From assembly GCF_009914755.1 (NCBI RefSeq), contig NC_060945.1: 64,000 nucleotides of DNA. One strand, given 5' to 3'. Below the pieces are notes generated by a model. That model had not been told where the DNA came from and did no database searches. It saw only the letters and a program-made list of their open reading frames with translations. Source of the stretch: the human T2T-CHM13v2.0 reference genome, Homo sapiens. Both the position numbers and the translations under genes were made by a program. How positions within the stretch are numbered: the first letter of the stretch is position 1; each line of letters begins with the position of its first letter. Positions 15,005 to 30,096 of the stretch are shown piece after piece.

Positions 15005-16449
15005 CTAATTTTAAGCAACACTGAAAAATTATTCCTAACCAATGTTCTGAACCTTATCAGACCCCAGCTTATTTTGCCACATAGGATTAGTGCCAATTAG
15101 GTTCCAGCACAAACAGGTGTTTTTAAAGCCTCCAGTCCTGGCATCATGGGGGGTAGAGAATGTCATCTCTCTCTGGGTCATCCGAATCGTTCTTAAAGGC
15201 TTCCTTTAAGACGTGAGCTTGGCATTCTATTTAGCTGGTGAATTGGGGATGAATGTACATTTTTCTTCTAAGCCTTGAAAGTTTAATCCATTCTGTGCAA
15301 GATAAATCTCAGCAGGCATTTGGGGAAAGTTGAATTTACTGAGAGGTTCATATGTGGTACATTATTTTTGTCAAATAGAAGATACTAGCTGCCAATGGGG
15401 TTATAAAAGCAACTGCCTGGCCAAGATTTGTGCTGATCACTATGTTTATCACCCTCATGAGTAACTCCTAGTTCTCAAGTCATTGTTTTTCCATATACAT
15501 TTTTCAGACATATTCATTAGTATGAGGAATGTTTGATATCAACATCAATTTTGTTAAATCTCCGATCAGCTATCCCAAACACATCAGGCAACACTATTGA
15601 AATGCTGAAGGCTTTATATAAAATCATGAATACTGTTGCCTAACTAAAATATCTTTGAGAAACACAAAGGATATTAGTAACTGTATATCTTTACTTATCC
15701 AAACCATTTTAATAGAGTAGATAAATTAATTAAAGGATGGCAAACACCATTTTTGTTAATATATTTGCATCTTTCCTATCAGCATAACAAATTTTTCTCA
15801 CAATATTCCAAAGAATAATTTAGCCTATTATATAATTTTCAAAATCATCCAGAACAATTTTAGGCATCAAAATTCCCTTTGAAGTTTTGTCAGTATTGAG
15901 CTAGATTTGTTTTCTCTGTTAATCATACACATCTCCTACTCATATTACCCGCAGCACACTCAGCAAATATACTCCGTGTCCACTGAGCAAAATGCACTTC
16001 CTATGTAAGCTAAAGAGAGAAACCCATAGGTAAGAAGTTTCTTAATTCATGTTTTTCACTTGATTTTCTTTGTGGTTACTGTTTAACTTTCTTTAGGTCT
16101 TATTCTTTCAGATACGATTAGATTTGTGACTAACAATACTAATAACATGTATATATCCTAAAGTTGAGGCTTAGACACATTAGGAGAAACTTTCCTAATC
16201 TCCTAAATTTTGGAATAGAAACTCACCACTCCCTTCTCAAAGACCTCCCTTCCCCACCTATGTCTCTATTATGGGCTGCTATATTTTGAGTTTCTTGACA
16301 CCAAAAGCGATGTATTATTCATTTGAAATTTCCATATGACGTAGCCAGCATGTAATACAAAGTAGGTCCTCAAAAAAATTTGAACTATCTGAATTATCTG
16401 CTCCTAGAAGGCACTTTTGAAATCATGGAATATTATCAATTTTTAGACC

Positions 16450-16880
16450 ATTTTAAATTGAAATATAACAAACATGCTGAAAAATACACACAACATAAAT
16501 TTAATAACTTAGAAAGAACCTCCATGTAACCACTTCCAGATCAAAACATGGAAAATTGCCAGCACCTCAGAAGTCCCCCTCAAGTCCTCCCATGAATACT
16601 GTCTTCCCAAAGGTAACGACTATCCTGACTTCTAACCCTGTAATGTCGTTTTTCTTGTCTAAAAACTTAAATAAATGGGCTCATACTGTATTTATTCTAC
16701 TATGCCTGGGTCCTTTCACTCCACATTATGATCGTGAGGTTCAGCCAGGTTGTTGCCTATAGCTCTAGTTTGGCCATTGTCATTGCTGTGTAATATTCCA
16801 TTGTAAGACTATACTGCAATTTATTTTTCCATTATACTGTTGATAGACATTAGGTTGTTTATGGTGAAGTCCAGACGTGC
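16450..16880 (-). mobile_element. Old L1 (L1M) 3' fragment
   Basis: Antisense L1M 3'UTR motifs (ccatgtaaccacttccagatcaa; gtaatattccattgt; gatagacattaggttgttt). Confidence 0.7.
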
Positions 16881-17363
16881 ACATTTTCCAGTTATGTGGC
16901 AAATATCTGTAGCTTGCCTTGAAAGCAAATAATTTTTCATTTATGCTTCTTGACAAAATGCAAGGCATTCTGCCTGACCCTGTAAGGGTGTACATATGGA
17001 GTGCTACTGTTGAGGTTTTTTGTCAGCTGCTGGGGCAAAAATAAACTCCACCTAGGGTGGGAGATATTTGACCAGAGTGTGTGAGTATGTGTGTGTATAA
17101 GAGGAAATGGGGTGAGAAGAGGGTGGAGAGCTATAAAAGAACACCATTATCCCCAAATTATCCCCAAACCACTGGACAGATTAAAAATGATTTTATATTA
17201 TAACACTGATGAGCAAGTTTCTTAATCCACAAATATTCTTGACTGCCTTATACATGCCAGGTATTGTCATGACCACAGAATATACAATGGTGAATTAACA
17301 CACACACAGATCCTGGAAGCTTGGGTCTGGTTCTGTGAAATGAATCAATAGAAATGAAACCAA

Positions 17364-17668
17364 GTGAGATATACCAGCCACAGAAAGACAAATACTGCCC
17401 GATTCCACTTTACATGAGGCATCCAAAAGAGTGAAATTTGTAGAATCCAAGAGTAGAATGGCAGTTACCAAGGGCTGGGTGAAGGGAGAAATAGGCAGTT
17501 ACTGACAAAGAGGCATGAAGTTTAAGTCAGGCAAGGTGAACGGACCTTAGAGATCAGCTATACAGTATGGTACCTGTAGTCGACAATAATGTATGGTTGA
17601 CTCAAACAGTTGTTAGGAGGGTAGATCTCATGTTAAGTGTTCTTACCACAGTAAAACAGAAAAAAAAA
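17364..17668 (+). mobile_element. L1MA/MB-type 3' end with poly(A) remnant
   Basis: cagaaagacaaatactgc...gggtagatctcatgttaagtgttcttaccacagtaaaacagaaaaaaaa. Possible TSD aaat(g/t)aaaccaa. Confidence 0.85.
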
Positions 17669-17700
17669 TTAAACCAAATTTGCTCTACTATTAAAATTAG

Positions 17701-17706
17701 TTTATT
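17701..17706 (-). terminator. Poly(A) signal AATAAA of KRTAP19-8
   Basis: tttatt on the plus strand, about 310 nt after the stop codon, followed by a U-rich tract on the minus strand. Confidence 0.65.
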
Positions 17707-18012
17707 GAAATAGAAGAAGAGTTGGTGCCATGTTGATATATTAATAAGGGAAGAGAGGGATTCACAGCTTGAAAGGTGGGATTCTAGGTCATTCTACAGG
17801 AAGGGCTCCCCTTGCTGCTGCCACTGATTCTGTTGTGTTTGTTGCCAGAATTGAGTCTTGACTTTGAAGAGTTCACAAGGCACCCTTTGCTGCTTTGTCT
17901 GGTTTATCAAGAAAGTGGCTGCGCAATTCACAGAGGGGGTAAAAAGACCTGAAAGGAGAATTAAGTCAGGATGATAGACAGATTCTAGTGATCCAAAGAA
18001 TGAGTTCACTCT

Positions 18013-18204
18013 TCAGTAGAAGGCAGAGAATCCATATCCTCCGTAGTATAATGGTCGGCAACAGCTGAATCCATAGCCTCCGTAGCCACAGCCATAGCCC
18101 AACCTGCGGAAGCTGCCATAGCCGCAGCCATAGCCATAGCCCCAGCCACCAAAGCCTCCATAGCCATAGCCCAGGCCTCCATAATAGCTTCTGTAGTAGC
18201 TCAT
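18013..18204 (-). CDS. KRTAP19-8: High glycine/tyrosine keratin-associated protein, KAP19 family (63 aa, single exon)
   Basis: [30 protein letters not shown]...[16 protein letters not shown] has 22 Gly, 16 Tyr and 4 Cys. Start context accATGA, upstream TATA, downstream AATAAA. Confidence 0.95.
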   Translation of the reverse strand: MSYYRSYYGGLGYGYGGFGGWGYGYGCGYGSFRRLGYGCGYGGYGFSCCRPLYYGGYGFSAFY

Positions 18205-18280
18205 GGTTCAGCAACTGTAGATGTGTTTGGAGGTCAAGGGCAAGTTTCCTGAGTACAACTATCACCAGCTTCCCTGGGAC

Positions 18281-18287
18281 TTTTATA
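18281..18287 (-). promoter_or_regulatory. TATA box (TATAAAA) of KRTAP19-8
   Basis: ttttata on the plus strand, about 80 nt upstream of the ATG, consistent with a roughly 50-nt 5'UTR. Confidence 0.85.
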
Positions 18288-18447
18288 CATCCTCAGTGAT
18301 TAGTGGGGTAGACTTCTCATGGCGTAGATTCAATTGCATGAAAAAAAACTCACTCATCTTAAAACTGTAGGACAATTCCTGACACTAATTAAAGATGTTT
18401 TCATTCGATTTCTGTGCAGTTTGGATTCCACAGGATGATTATGCTGT

Positions 18448-18455
18448 CTTCAAAG
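18448..18455 (-). promoter_or_regulatory. HK-1 / LEF1-TCF motif CTTTGAAG
   Basis: cttcaaag on the plus strand, about 160 bp upstream of the TATA box. This motif is known from hair keratin and KAP promoters. Confidence 0.65.
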
Positions 18456-20078
18456 CCCTCTTGCTTTGACCATCATAGTTAAAGCTCTATAATCAGACAT
18501 AAGAGCAGCAATCAGCTCCCATTTTGTCACCTAAAATTGTTCTTTCATTACAGCCCCTTCCCAGTATCCAATTCTTAATGTATTCCTTGCACAAATATTT
18601 AATGCCCAACTAATGCATCCCAGGCACTATGCTCAGAGCTAGAGATATGGCTGTAAATAAGAACTGCCCTTCCCAATCCCATGAGTTTTTCCCCTTCATC
18701 TTTGTTATTTAAGTTAGTGAAGTAATAGAAGAGGTACACTTACTGTATAAATCCAACAAAATGTAGCTGATAGCACAAAAGGATCACATTTATTTTTTTA
18801 AGAGAGAGAGAAAAACCCAAATGGAAAAATTTTGTTTCCTTACACATTACTACCCTTTTAACTCAATGTTGTTTATGAAACTTTTGATAGCTCTTAGCTC
18901 TTACTGCAAGACTTTTTCATTATTCAATGTTTATATAGGAAATAACACTAGGGGCAAGAGCCGTGGGTGTGATTTTTGCAAAGTGATACCATATTCTTCA
19001 TCTTTGTAATCTTCTTTTTAAAAAATAATCTTCTAAAGAGATTAACATCTGAGTACTGGATCTACCCATCTGACTCCACAGTCACAGGTAGGCAGGCAGC
19101 CCTCTCTGCCTTACTAAATTCCTAACACAATCAGCAAAGAGGTTTTAAAAAGCTGTTTTCCAAATTCTGGGATTCCATCTTCTGCTCTCTAAGGAAACCT
19201 TAATTAAACTACAATTTACAGAAATATGTAAAATTAAAAATACTTAAATATGACATTTTCTTTTTGAAGAATGAAGCCCACTGAAGTGTTCATGATAAGG
19301 GTCAGAATCACTTCTACTTAGCCATTGGTATCAAAACCAATTTCAAGCACATAAGCAGTACGACTATTCTATATACTATTAATAATCACTTCAGATAGAA
19401 TAATATAATATCAGAACTGGTGTAACCCTCTTACTTTACAGATGATGAAACAGAATTGGAGAAGATTGGTCAGATCACCCAGTGAGTGACAAAACCCAGA
19501 CTAGAACCTAAATCATTCACTTTCACCTGTTTTTTTTCATCATCACATTTTTATAGATGTTGTACAACAAAGGCAAAAGCAAGAAATATTGTATTATCAC
19601 AACAGAAGAATGAAAATGCTCCTTTGCTTTCTCGGTTGGTGAGCTTTCTCATTTTGATTTTTGATCTATATGCTGATTGGTCTGTTCCTTTCCTTTGGGC
19701 CAGAACTCAAAGGACTAAAATTAGCAAGTGGACACTGAAAGTCACATCCACTTATTCTCAATGAGATTACAATGGAGATGCCTGTTGCATTGATTGTTCA
19801 AGAGATGTAAAACTGAGAGGGGAGAACAAAAATAGGTTCAAAAGTTTTGAAGTGGAAAGTTGAAGCCCAACTCTTTCTTGTCTTAGAGTTAAAAGTATAT
19901 GTATTCACTAAGAGATAAATATTAAAGCAAAACAAGATGTAAAATGGGACTCAGTTTTAGCTGAGAACCTGTATCATCAGTGACAACAGCTCTCACATCC
20001 CCAAGAAAGGTGGTAATCTACCTAAGAAGGACTTGCAAAGGGAGCTACAGAAACCTAGATCCGCAGTCTGCAACTAAT

Positions 20079-21054
<976 letters not shown>

Positions 21055-22403
21055 CTAAGCTCCTATCTCCAGTCATGAAATAGGCTGGAGAGGCCAAGCG
21101 TTAGGAAGGGGAAGAGATTTCTTTGGAAATGTTTTTCAATAACCTTTTCTAGCCAGCTTCCACGGAAGTGTACTGTATCCCTTGAATTTGGAAGACACAG
21201 CCGACTGCTGACTCAGGGCTGGGAAAGTGACTACAGGTGAGAGACAGGGCTGAACGGTCCATGGCAATGAGCCAAGGCTGAGTTTCAGAGTAACTGTGCC
21301 CTCATCTGTGACTGTTCAAAGATACATGGTTCCCGGCTACCAGATAGGAATCTAGGGTGGGAATACCACCGAGTTGATTTCAAAGGGATCCTGGTCAAGA
21401 GAGTGAAGCAACCTCAGCCAAAGCAATTTGGATGGTCCCATGAGATACAGAAAGTGAGGGAGGATGTGAGCAGTCCACTAGAGGGACTGTTATACCAGAG
21501 CACTGATAAGAGGCCCATGAGTGCAGGAGTCAGCTCCGAAAGATCCACAATTCAGGGAACCCTCTTGCCAGATTGTCAGAGGCATGCGTCTCTCCCCTAC
21601 TCCCCGTTTTAACACCGGAAGAGTCAGAGCAGCCTAGAGCTGAGACCAATGCTTAAGGGAGAGGTCTGCCCTGCCTCTCTTACCACTGCCAGTTTACAGG
21701 TTTACAGAGGAAAGGTGAAGCCCAACTCTTTCTTGCACAAGAGTTGTTAAAAGTAATATATTTCAGTACAGTAGAAAGCATAAGAAACACTTTCTGTGGC
21801 AGTCAGCTAGACGGTGCCCAGGTTCTTAGAAAAACCTTTTCCAAAGAAATCACTTCTACTTCCTTCACTTCTAATATGAGATTATAGGAAAGAAAAAAAA
21901 AGTCATTTCTCCTTCCTAACTTGGCCTCTCCAACATATTTAATGACTGGGGCTTAGCCACGGCTGGTACAGGCTGGCAGGGGTCTGAAAGCTTTGTCTCT
22001 GAAAGTTTTTGAAGTTTGATTATCACTGAGCTGTACATTTTCAATCTTGAACTGAAACCATTCTTGAGACTAAAATAATCAGAGAGCTTGTTTTGTTTTT
22101 ATTAATCTAAAAGAGAAAGGAAATAGTATGGCACCTGAAATGTGACTGAAAAAAGAGAGAAAAAAATAGCCTTCAAAATAATTCTTAATGGAAGTTGTGG
22201 GAGGAAAAATGTAAGTCATCTTCTAAAAATGTAAGTCCTTTTGAGTTCCACTTATTCAGCATAACAATTATAAATTATAAAATATATTTAGTAGCACTAG
22301 TGCAGTTTTGGTAATATGCACAAATTATACCTGAGAAAGTACTGATCTGATATTCGTGGTAAAATCATTCCTCCGAACTGAGCTGACTTACAGAGCTAAC
22401 GAG

Positions 22404-22438
<35 letters not shown>

Positions 22439-22560
22439 CACACACACATATATACTTACATATACTTGCAGAGCTAACTATATATGCACACATACATACA
22501 CATATATACATACACACACATATATACACATATACACATATATATACACATATATACATG
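22404..22560. repeat. (TG)n plus (TA/CA)n compound microsatellite
   Basis: Directly visible. Confidence 0.92.
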
Positions 22561-23813
22561 TCTACATGGTCAGTGATGTAAAGAGACTATTTTTAAATGT
22601 ATATAAGCAGAAATTTTGTGTTTATATAAAAACATTGATACACACTTTTATTTTTTTCTCCATTTATGGGACATACTAAGTTTTAGGATGTAAAAGCATA
22701 GCCCAAATCCTGGATGCTATGTGACCCCAAGGTAATACTCTTGAGCTGCTTCTGCCAGAGGGCTGATTCATGGCTTCACAAGTAAGGAGCCCTGATGTTC
22801 TACCAAGGGGAGTGTGTCTTCAGCCTGGACACCAAGGAGAAAGTGCTTCTTCCCACTCAAGGGAATCCAAACACCTCTCCTACTGCCACAGCAAACAGAA
22901 CCTCCATCACATCAGAAAAACAAATGCAGCTGGAAAAAGAAGACCACAGAGTCAGAGCATTCAGGCCAGCGAGACCCAGAGCTGCAGTCTCAGGCCAACG
23001 TTTCTTTAAGGAGGCAGCCAGCTTTTGGCAGACAGTACAGAAAAGTAAATATATCCTTAGACATCCATTGATAAAGGCTGAGTGATTGAGAGAAAAACTG
23101 CCTTTAAAGACAGAAAAATAAGCTATCAGAAGTGAGGAAGAGAGATCTAATGAAAGAATCAGACAGGGTACAAAGAAGAGAACCCAGATTGGAAGATAAT
23201 TTTTTTTCTGAGGAAAAAATGGAGATAATCATGATTAAAAATAATCATTGCCTTTATAAAGACCTACTCTTACTCTGTGGAAACCAGGATTTGTAGATCC
23301 TTTATCGTTGTTTAGCTGGGATACTAGTCCTAGAATATCAAGCCAATGTGCTTTCATTCTTGGCAATCCCTGCGACCACATGAAAGCACTGGGGTTCTCT
23401 GGGAAATCGACTTGGGAAAGGAGTTGTGAGTGTGGGATGTTTAGTAAGGAGAGCCCTAGGATCCGCCCTAAGGAAGGGAGCTTGGGCTGACCTCTCAAGT
23501 CCTCCGCAGCTAGACTGGCCCTTCAGTGCTGTGCCAGATGACCAGGCCTTTATATTCCTATACTTATCAGTCATCAGATGTGGGAAGAAGTGTGAGCTTG
23601 GGTGAGCAGCTCAGCAGCTGAGCCAATCCTGGAAGGGGGTGACAGCTGCAGGTTGTGTACTCACCATACTCCCAGTGCCTGGGGAACAAGTCAGTTCTTG
23701 GAGGGGATCTGGCAGCACATCCTGGTGTTGAGCACATGCTATCCCAGGCTCCTGCTGCAGATGCTGCCCGGGCCCCGCCTGTATGCTCAGACCCTCAATG
23801 CCAGCAGTCCTCC

Positions 23814-24486
<673 letters not shown>

Positions 24487-25064
24487 CCTCCCACGGATGG
24501 AATCCACATTGCTGTGCCTGCTGGCTTTTGGCTGAACCACTGAAGCAGCTTTGCTCATAAGTGAGAACATTTGGAAGTGCCAGGGAATGAATGTCTCCCT
24601 CCCTCCCACCAGCAGCCCTTAATCACTGACTCTTGGGAGTTAATAAAGACCCAGCTACCTGGCCCCTCCATAGGCTAGTTCTGATGTATGTTTTCCACTA
24701 TTCCTCCAGTTTCCACGGGAGATTAAGCGCCAGTTACCCACTGCAGGAACTGTCTTAATGGCCCACCCTTTGCTGTCCACCTTCCCCTCTATTTCTCACT
24801 TTCCCACTCCCCTACCTCTGTTCCCTCCCCCTCCCAAATAAACTACTCCCAAATAAAATCTTTGTCTAAGGATCTACTTCTGGGAGAAGCCAAACTAAAC
24901 AGTTCCCATACTAAATATATATATGTGTGTGTCTAGTAGACACAGATCACAGAGTTTCTGCTATTAAAAAAAAAACAATGCGTAGAGATTAATGCCACCA
25001 GGAAGAAGAAGGATATAATATAGTGAAATCCTTTCGAAGAAGAAAAAGGAAATAGAAAACCTAC

Positions 25065-25420
25065 TGTTTCAGGCTGCTATTTTTTAAAACCATAAAATGT
25101 ATGGCTTATATCAATAGAAATCTATTTCTCACAATTCTGGAGTCTGGGAAGTCTAAGATCAAGGTGGCAGTAGATTTGGTCTCTGGTGAAGGTCTGCTCC
25201 CTCATTCATAGATGGCACCTTCTCACTGTGTTCTCTCATGGTGGAAGAGGCAAGCTAGCTCTCTGGGTTCCCTTTTATAAGGACACTAATGCCATTCATG
25301 CAGGCTATGTCCTCACTACCTCATCACCTTCCCAAAGCCCTACCTCCTAACACAATCATCGCAGGGATTAGAATTCCAACATAGGAATTTGGAGGAGACA
25401 CAAGCATTCAGACTGTAGCA
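25065..25420 (-). mobile_element. MLT1A-like LTR
   Basis: tctcacaattctggagtctgggaagtctaagatcaaggtgg...cattcagactgtagca. Confidence 0.8.
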
Positions 25421-26041
25421 CCCACTCTGTATAATGCACTGGAGTATGAAAGAAAGACTGGAAGAAATTGTAGACACAAGTCCTCACCTTCCCCTTCTCA
25501 AGATAGAAGTCTGTAGCATGAAGGACAACTAGAAACATCCAGGCAGGCAGTGTTAGAGAAATACAATTAACAACAACATATCTCCAACCCAGAAAACTTC
25601 CCACAAAGGAAGAAGAGGAAGAAAACAATTTCATTATTGAATAAACATTGAACCAGAACGTGGTACACATCACAGGCGACCCACTAAGAAATTGTGAAGA
25701 CAGAAAGAAGTCTCACCTTTTTATACAGCCAAGCAGATACAGAGTGTTACATACATGTTCTCAAAATAAACAACACCTACGCCTCCATAAGAGGACTTGG
25801 CAGCATGATTTGTCACACATGGCTCATCCTAGATTCACTGAGTAACTGCAGTGGCCATCTGTGTTTCCCAATTGGCTTTATTCAAAGGAAAAATAAACTT
25901 CTTATATCCTGATGATAGAAGGTAGTTTGGGATCAAGACACCTGCCAAAGTGACAGAGAATTTACAATGACAAGTTTTCTAAAGCAAATGCTCTAAGAAA
26001 AAGGAGGTCTCTTCCCTTATTTTCAACAGAAACAATGACAC

Positions 26042-26327
26042 TTTTTTTTTTTTTTTTTTTGAGATGGAGTCTTGCTCTTGTCGCCCAGGCTGAGTGCAAC
26101 AGCACGATCTCAGCTCACTGCAATCTCCACCTCCCAAGTTCGGGTGATTCTATTGCCTCAGCCTCCTGAGTAGCTGGGATTACAGGCATCTGCCACCACA
26201 CCCAGCTAATTTTTTCTATTTTTAGTAGACACGGTTTCACCATGTTGGCCAGGCTGGTCCCGAACTCCTGACCTCAGGTGATCCACCCGCCTTGGCCCCC
26301 CAAAGTGCTGGGATTACAGGCCCAGCC
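26042..26327 (-). mobile_element. AluS
   Basis: Antisense Alu with poly(T) head. Confidence 0.92.
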
Positions 26328-27352
26328 TCTCATTTTTATTTGTATTTGCCCTTACAGTACTTGGAAACCCCTACACTTGAGAGGTTTTCATGGAAGACAA
26401 TTTAGGTGATGCTCCAGTGAACAAGGTGGAGAATTATGGAGACAAGAAGAGAAGGGACAAGGGATCCGATGAAACTATCCTGTGTTGTCTGTTGTACAAC
26501 TTTAGCTTTTCTTGTAAGATGAGGAGTCATTACAGAGTTTTGCCCAGAGGAACGATAGGATTTGGCTTACATGTTAGAGTCACTCATTATTCATAAGTAT
26601 CTATTAGCAACTCTATTCCTGGGACTGTTCTTGGTGCTAAAGAAGGTACACAAGAAACAGAGCTTTGTTGTAAGGTTTTTTACTCTCCTGATGGGGAAAT
26701 AACAGGGAAAAGCAGCCACTAGTAACACAGGTCATATAGGCAGCTGTCAGTGTACAGAAAAGGCAAGAAGAAAAGAATACAGAGAAAATGGAAGACTAAG
26801 GACTGAAACAGTCACAGAACGCATCAAGGGGAAGACAGAATTTGAGCTGGGCATTAAAGGGTGGTAGTAGTTGGAAGACAGAGAGGAAAATAGTATAACT
26901 TAAGGGTAAGGAATGTCTCTGAATATACTGAATTGGATTTGGACAGGTTGGGAAAAACCAGCAAGATTGCAGAAGTCTGATGCTGCAAGAGGCGAAGGGT
27001 TACTGATAAGGACAATGAACAGATCATCATGTAACTAGCTAGTAGAAACGTTCCCATTCTCTGCTCTGATATCTTCAACTGGAGCTGAACAGAGTGGCCA
27101 TATATTTGCATAATGGCCTCCTCCCTTGTTACTTTTTACCAATTAGCTGGGTTTAACAAGAAGCAATTATGACAATTACTTTTAATTACTTCTGCTATTC
27201 CCTCCTCACCCTATTCTTCCTTTCCTACCCCTTTGATTAAAAACTCACCCTCATTGTTGTGTAAAACTTTAAATAACTTAGAAGCTTTGAACAAAATGCC
27301 AGTTTACTGGAGGATGAGGAAGGGGGCTTCAAGACTGATGGGAACCAAAATT

Positions 27353-27898
27353 ATGTATGATGGTTACTTTTATCTAGCAAACTGACTGGGCCATGGGGTA
27401 GCTGATATTCAGTTAAGTATTTTTCCTGGTGTTTCTGCGAAAGTGTTTTGGATGAGATTAACATTTAAGCCAATGGACTAAGTAAAGCAATTGCCCTCCC
27501 TAGTGTCAGTGGACCTCATCAAATCAGCTGAAGGTCTAAATAGAAGGAAAAAGCCAACTCTCCCCCAAGTAGGAGGGAATCTCTCCTGCCTGACTGCCTT
27601 TTGACTGACATGGGTTTTTTCCTGCCTTCAGACTCACACTGATGCATAGGCTCTTCCTGAGTCTTCGGCCTGCCAGCCTTTGGATTGGTACCACAACAGA
27701 GGCTCTCCTGGTTCTCAGGCCTTCAGATTCAGACTGGAACCACACCATCAGCTCTCCTGGGTCTCCAGCCTACCCACTCACCCTGCAGATATTAAGACTG
27801 CCCAGCCTCTATAATTGCACGAACCGATTTCTTGTAATAAATCTCTTTCTACATATATACATCCTGTTGGTTCTGTTTATCTAGAAAACACTAATACA
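27353..27898 (+). mobile_element. MLT2 (ERVL) LTR
   Basis: ggatgagattaacattt...ttgccctccctagtg...catcctgttggttctgttt...ctaataca. Confidence 0.85.
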
Positions 27899-28450
27899 GA
27901 AATGCATCTGAAAATTTCCCTCCTCTTGCTTTTGGGATGTGGGTTGCCAAGGGGTTGAGAACAGTGAAAGCAGGAGAAGGCTGGAAAGGTGTCATAATAC
28001 TGGGACTTCTAAAAGCATTTATGGGCTTCCCTCAGGCCCAGAGCAGGGCATTACCCACTCTCATAGGGTTAATAAATGTCGGGGGGAGGTCACAAAACAT
28101 GAGATTCTTCTAAGTAGCGGCCTATTCACCTTGGGACCTAAGGGACTGCCACTAAAAAAGAAACAGTCTGTACAGTAACAATTGAGTACAGATTGGAAGC
28201 CACCTGACCGTGGCACAGCCCTCAGGGAGGAGTGAGACACACAGCTGAATTCAGCCCTTAGACACACGCCTAAAGACATTTCCCTATAATAGTCACAAAC
28301 ATAAATACAATTTCTAGTGAATGCTTACTCAGTTAACAGATGCTGTGCTATGGGCCTTGGGTCCATTGTCTCATGTAATCTTTGCAACAATTCTAGAGGT
28401 AAAAATTACTGTCTTCACTTTTCAGATGGGAAAACAGAGGTCTAATGAAA

Positions 28451-28997
28451 TGTATTAGTCAGGGTTTTCCAGAGAAACAGGAAAATAGAATGTGTGTGTG
28501 TATACATATATTTATAAACCTCTCTCTGTCTCATATATATATGAGACATATATGGAAATTATCTCATACAACTCTGGAAGCCAAAAAGCCCCATCATATG
28601 CCACTGCAATTTGGAGACGCAAGAAAGCCAGTGGTGTAGTTCAATCCAAGTCCATAGGCCTGAGAACCAGAGGAGCCAATGGTATACCAGGCTAAGTCCA
28701 AAGCTACAAGAACCAGGAGCTCTGATGTCCTTGGTTCTTGAGACAGAAGAAGGTGGATGTTCCAACTCAAATAGAGAGAGCAAATTAGCCCTTCCTCTGC
28801 CTCTTCATTCTATTTAGAGACTCAAAGTATTGGGTGATGTCTGCCCACACTGGTGAGGGCGATTCTGTAACTCAGCAGATGGATTCAAATGTTAACTTCT
28901 TCTTGAAACCCCTCACAGTCAACACAGAAATAATATTTTCCCAGCTATCTGGGCATCCCTTAGCCCAGGCAAGCTGACACATGAAATTAGCCATCCT
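28451..28997 (-). mobile_element. MLT2 (ERVL) LTR
   Basis: tgtattagtcagggttttccagagaaacag...aagctgacacatgaaattagccatc. Confidence 0.85.
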
Positions 28998-29300
28998 GCA
29001 AAGTTAAGAGAAGTTACAGCTGAAGAGACTGAGGGTCCAAGACTAAAAATGTGTTGTAGGAATTGAATGAACTGTTCTCAGAAATGTGTGTAGCCAAATG
29101 TCTGGCATGTGATAAGACCTCAAGAAATGAAATTTTTTATGTTCACATTGTCATCATTATCATCACCATTATTATATTCTTCCTTCACTGTACTTTATCA
29201 ACTACTAATACATTTATCTGGCTCTAATAAGGCTAAAATGCTAAAGGCATCACTCTGTATACGCCCTTTAAATTCAAAGCTACTTAAAAGTGTGTTTGTC

Positions 29301-29600
29301 GGCCAGGCACGGTAGCTCACGCCTGTAATCCCAGCACTTTGGGATGCTGAAGCAGGCAGATCACGATGTCAGGAGTTCAAGAGCAGCCTGATCAATATGG
29401 TGAAACCCCATCTCTACTAAAAATATTTTTTTTTAATTAGCCGGGCATGGTGGCGTATGCCTGTAGTCCCAGCTACTTGGGAGGTTGAGGCAGAAGGATC
29501 ACTTGAACCCAGGAGGCAGAGGTTGCAGTGAGCCAAGATCGTCCAGCATGGGTGACAGAATGAGACTCCGTCTCAAAAAAATAATAAGTAAAAATAAAAC
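29301..29600 (+). mobile_element. AluS
   Basis: Alu dimer with a small right-arm deletion. Confidence 0.9.
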
Positions 29601-29701
29601 TGTGTTTGTTAAAACTGTGCCACAGGTGTAAGGGATATTTGAGCTTCCTTCTTAGTTCCTTTAAGAAACAAAGATCACCCTCTAGTCTGAAACCCAATTC
29701 A

Positions 29702-30096
<395 letters not shown>

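Noticed and set aside
15390-15475. CCAAT plus TATAAAA followed by ATGAGTAAC, a possible second KAP gene or pseudogene
   Set aside because: The ORF stops after four codons and no Gly/Tyr- or Cys-rich remnant follows.
17146-17167. 11-bp tandem duplication ATTATCCCCAA
   Set aside because: Ordinary slippage duplication with no functional clue.
17966-18265. 99-aa Leu/Trp-rich ORF overlapping KRTAP19-8
   Set aside because: GTG start lying at or upstream of the predicted TSS. It is the shifted-frame shadow of the GGC TAT repeats.
22356-22679. 107-aa ORF with CV/HT/YI repeats
   Set aside because: Translation of a microsatellite.
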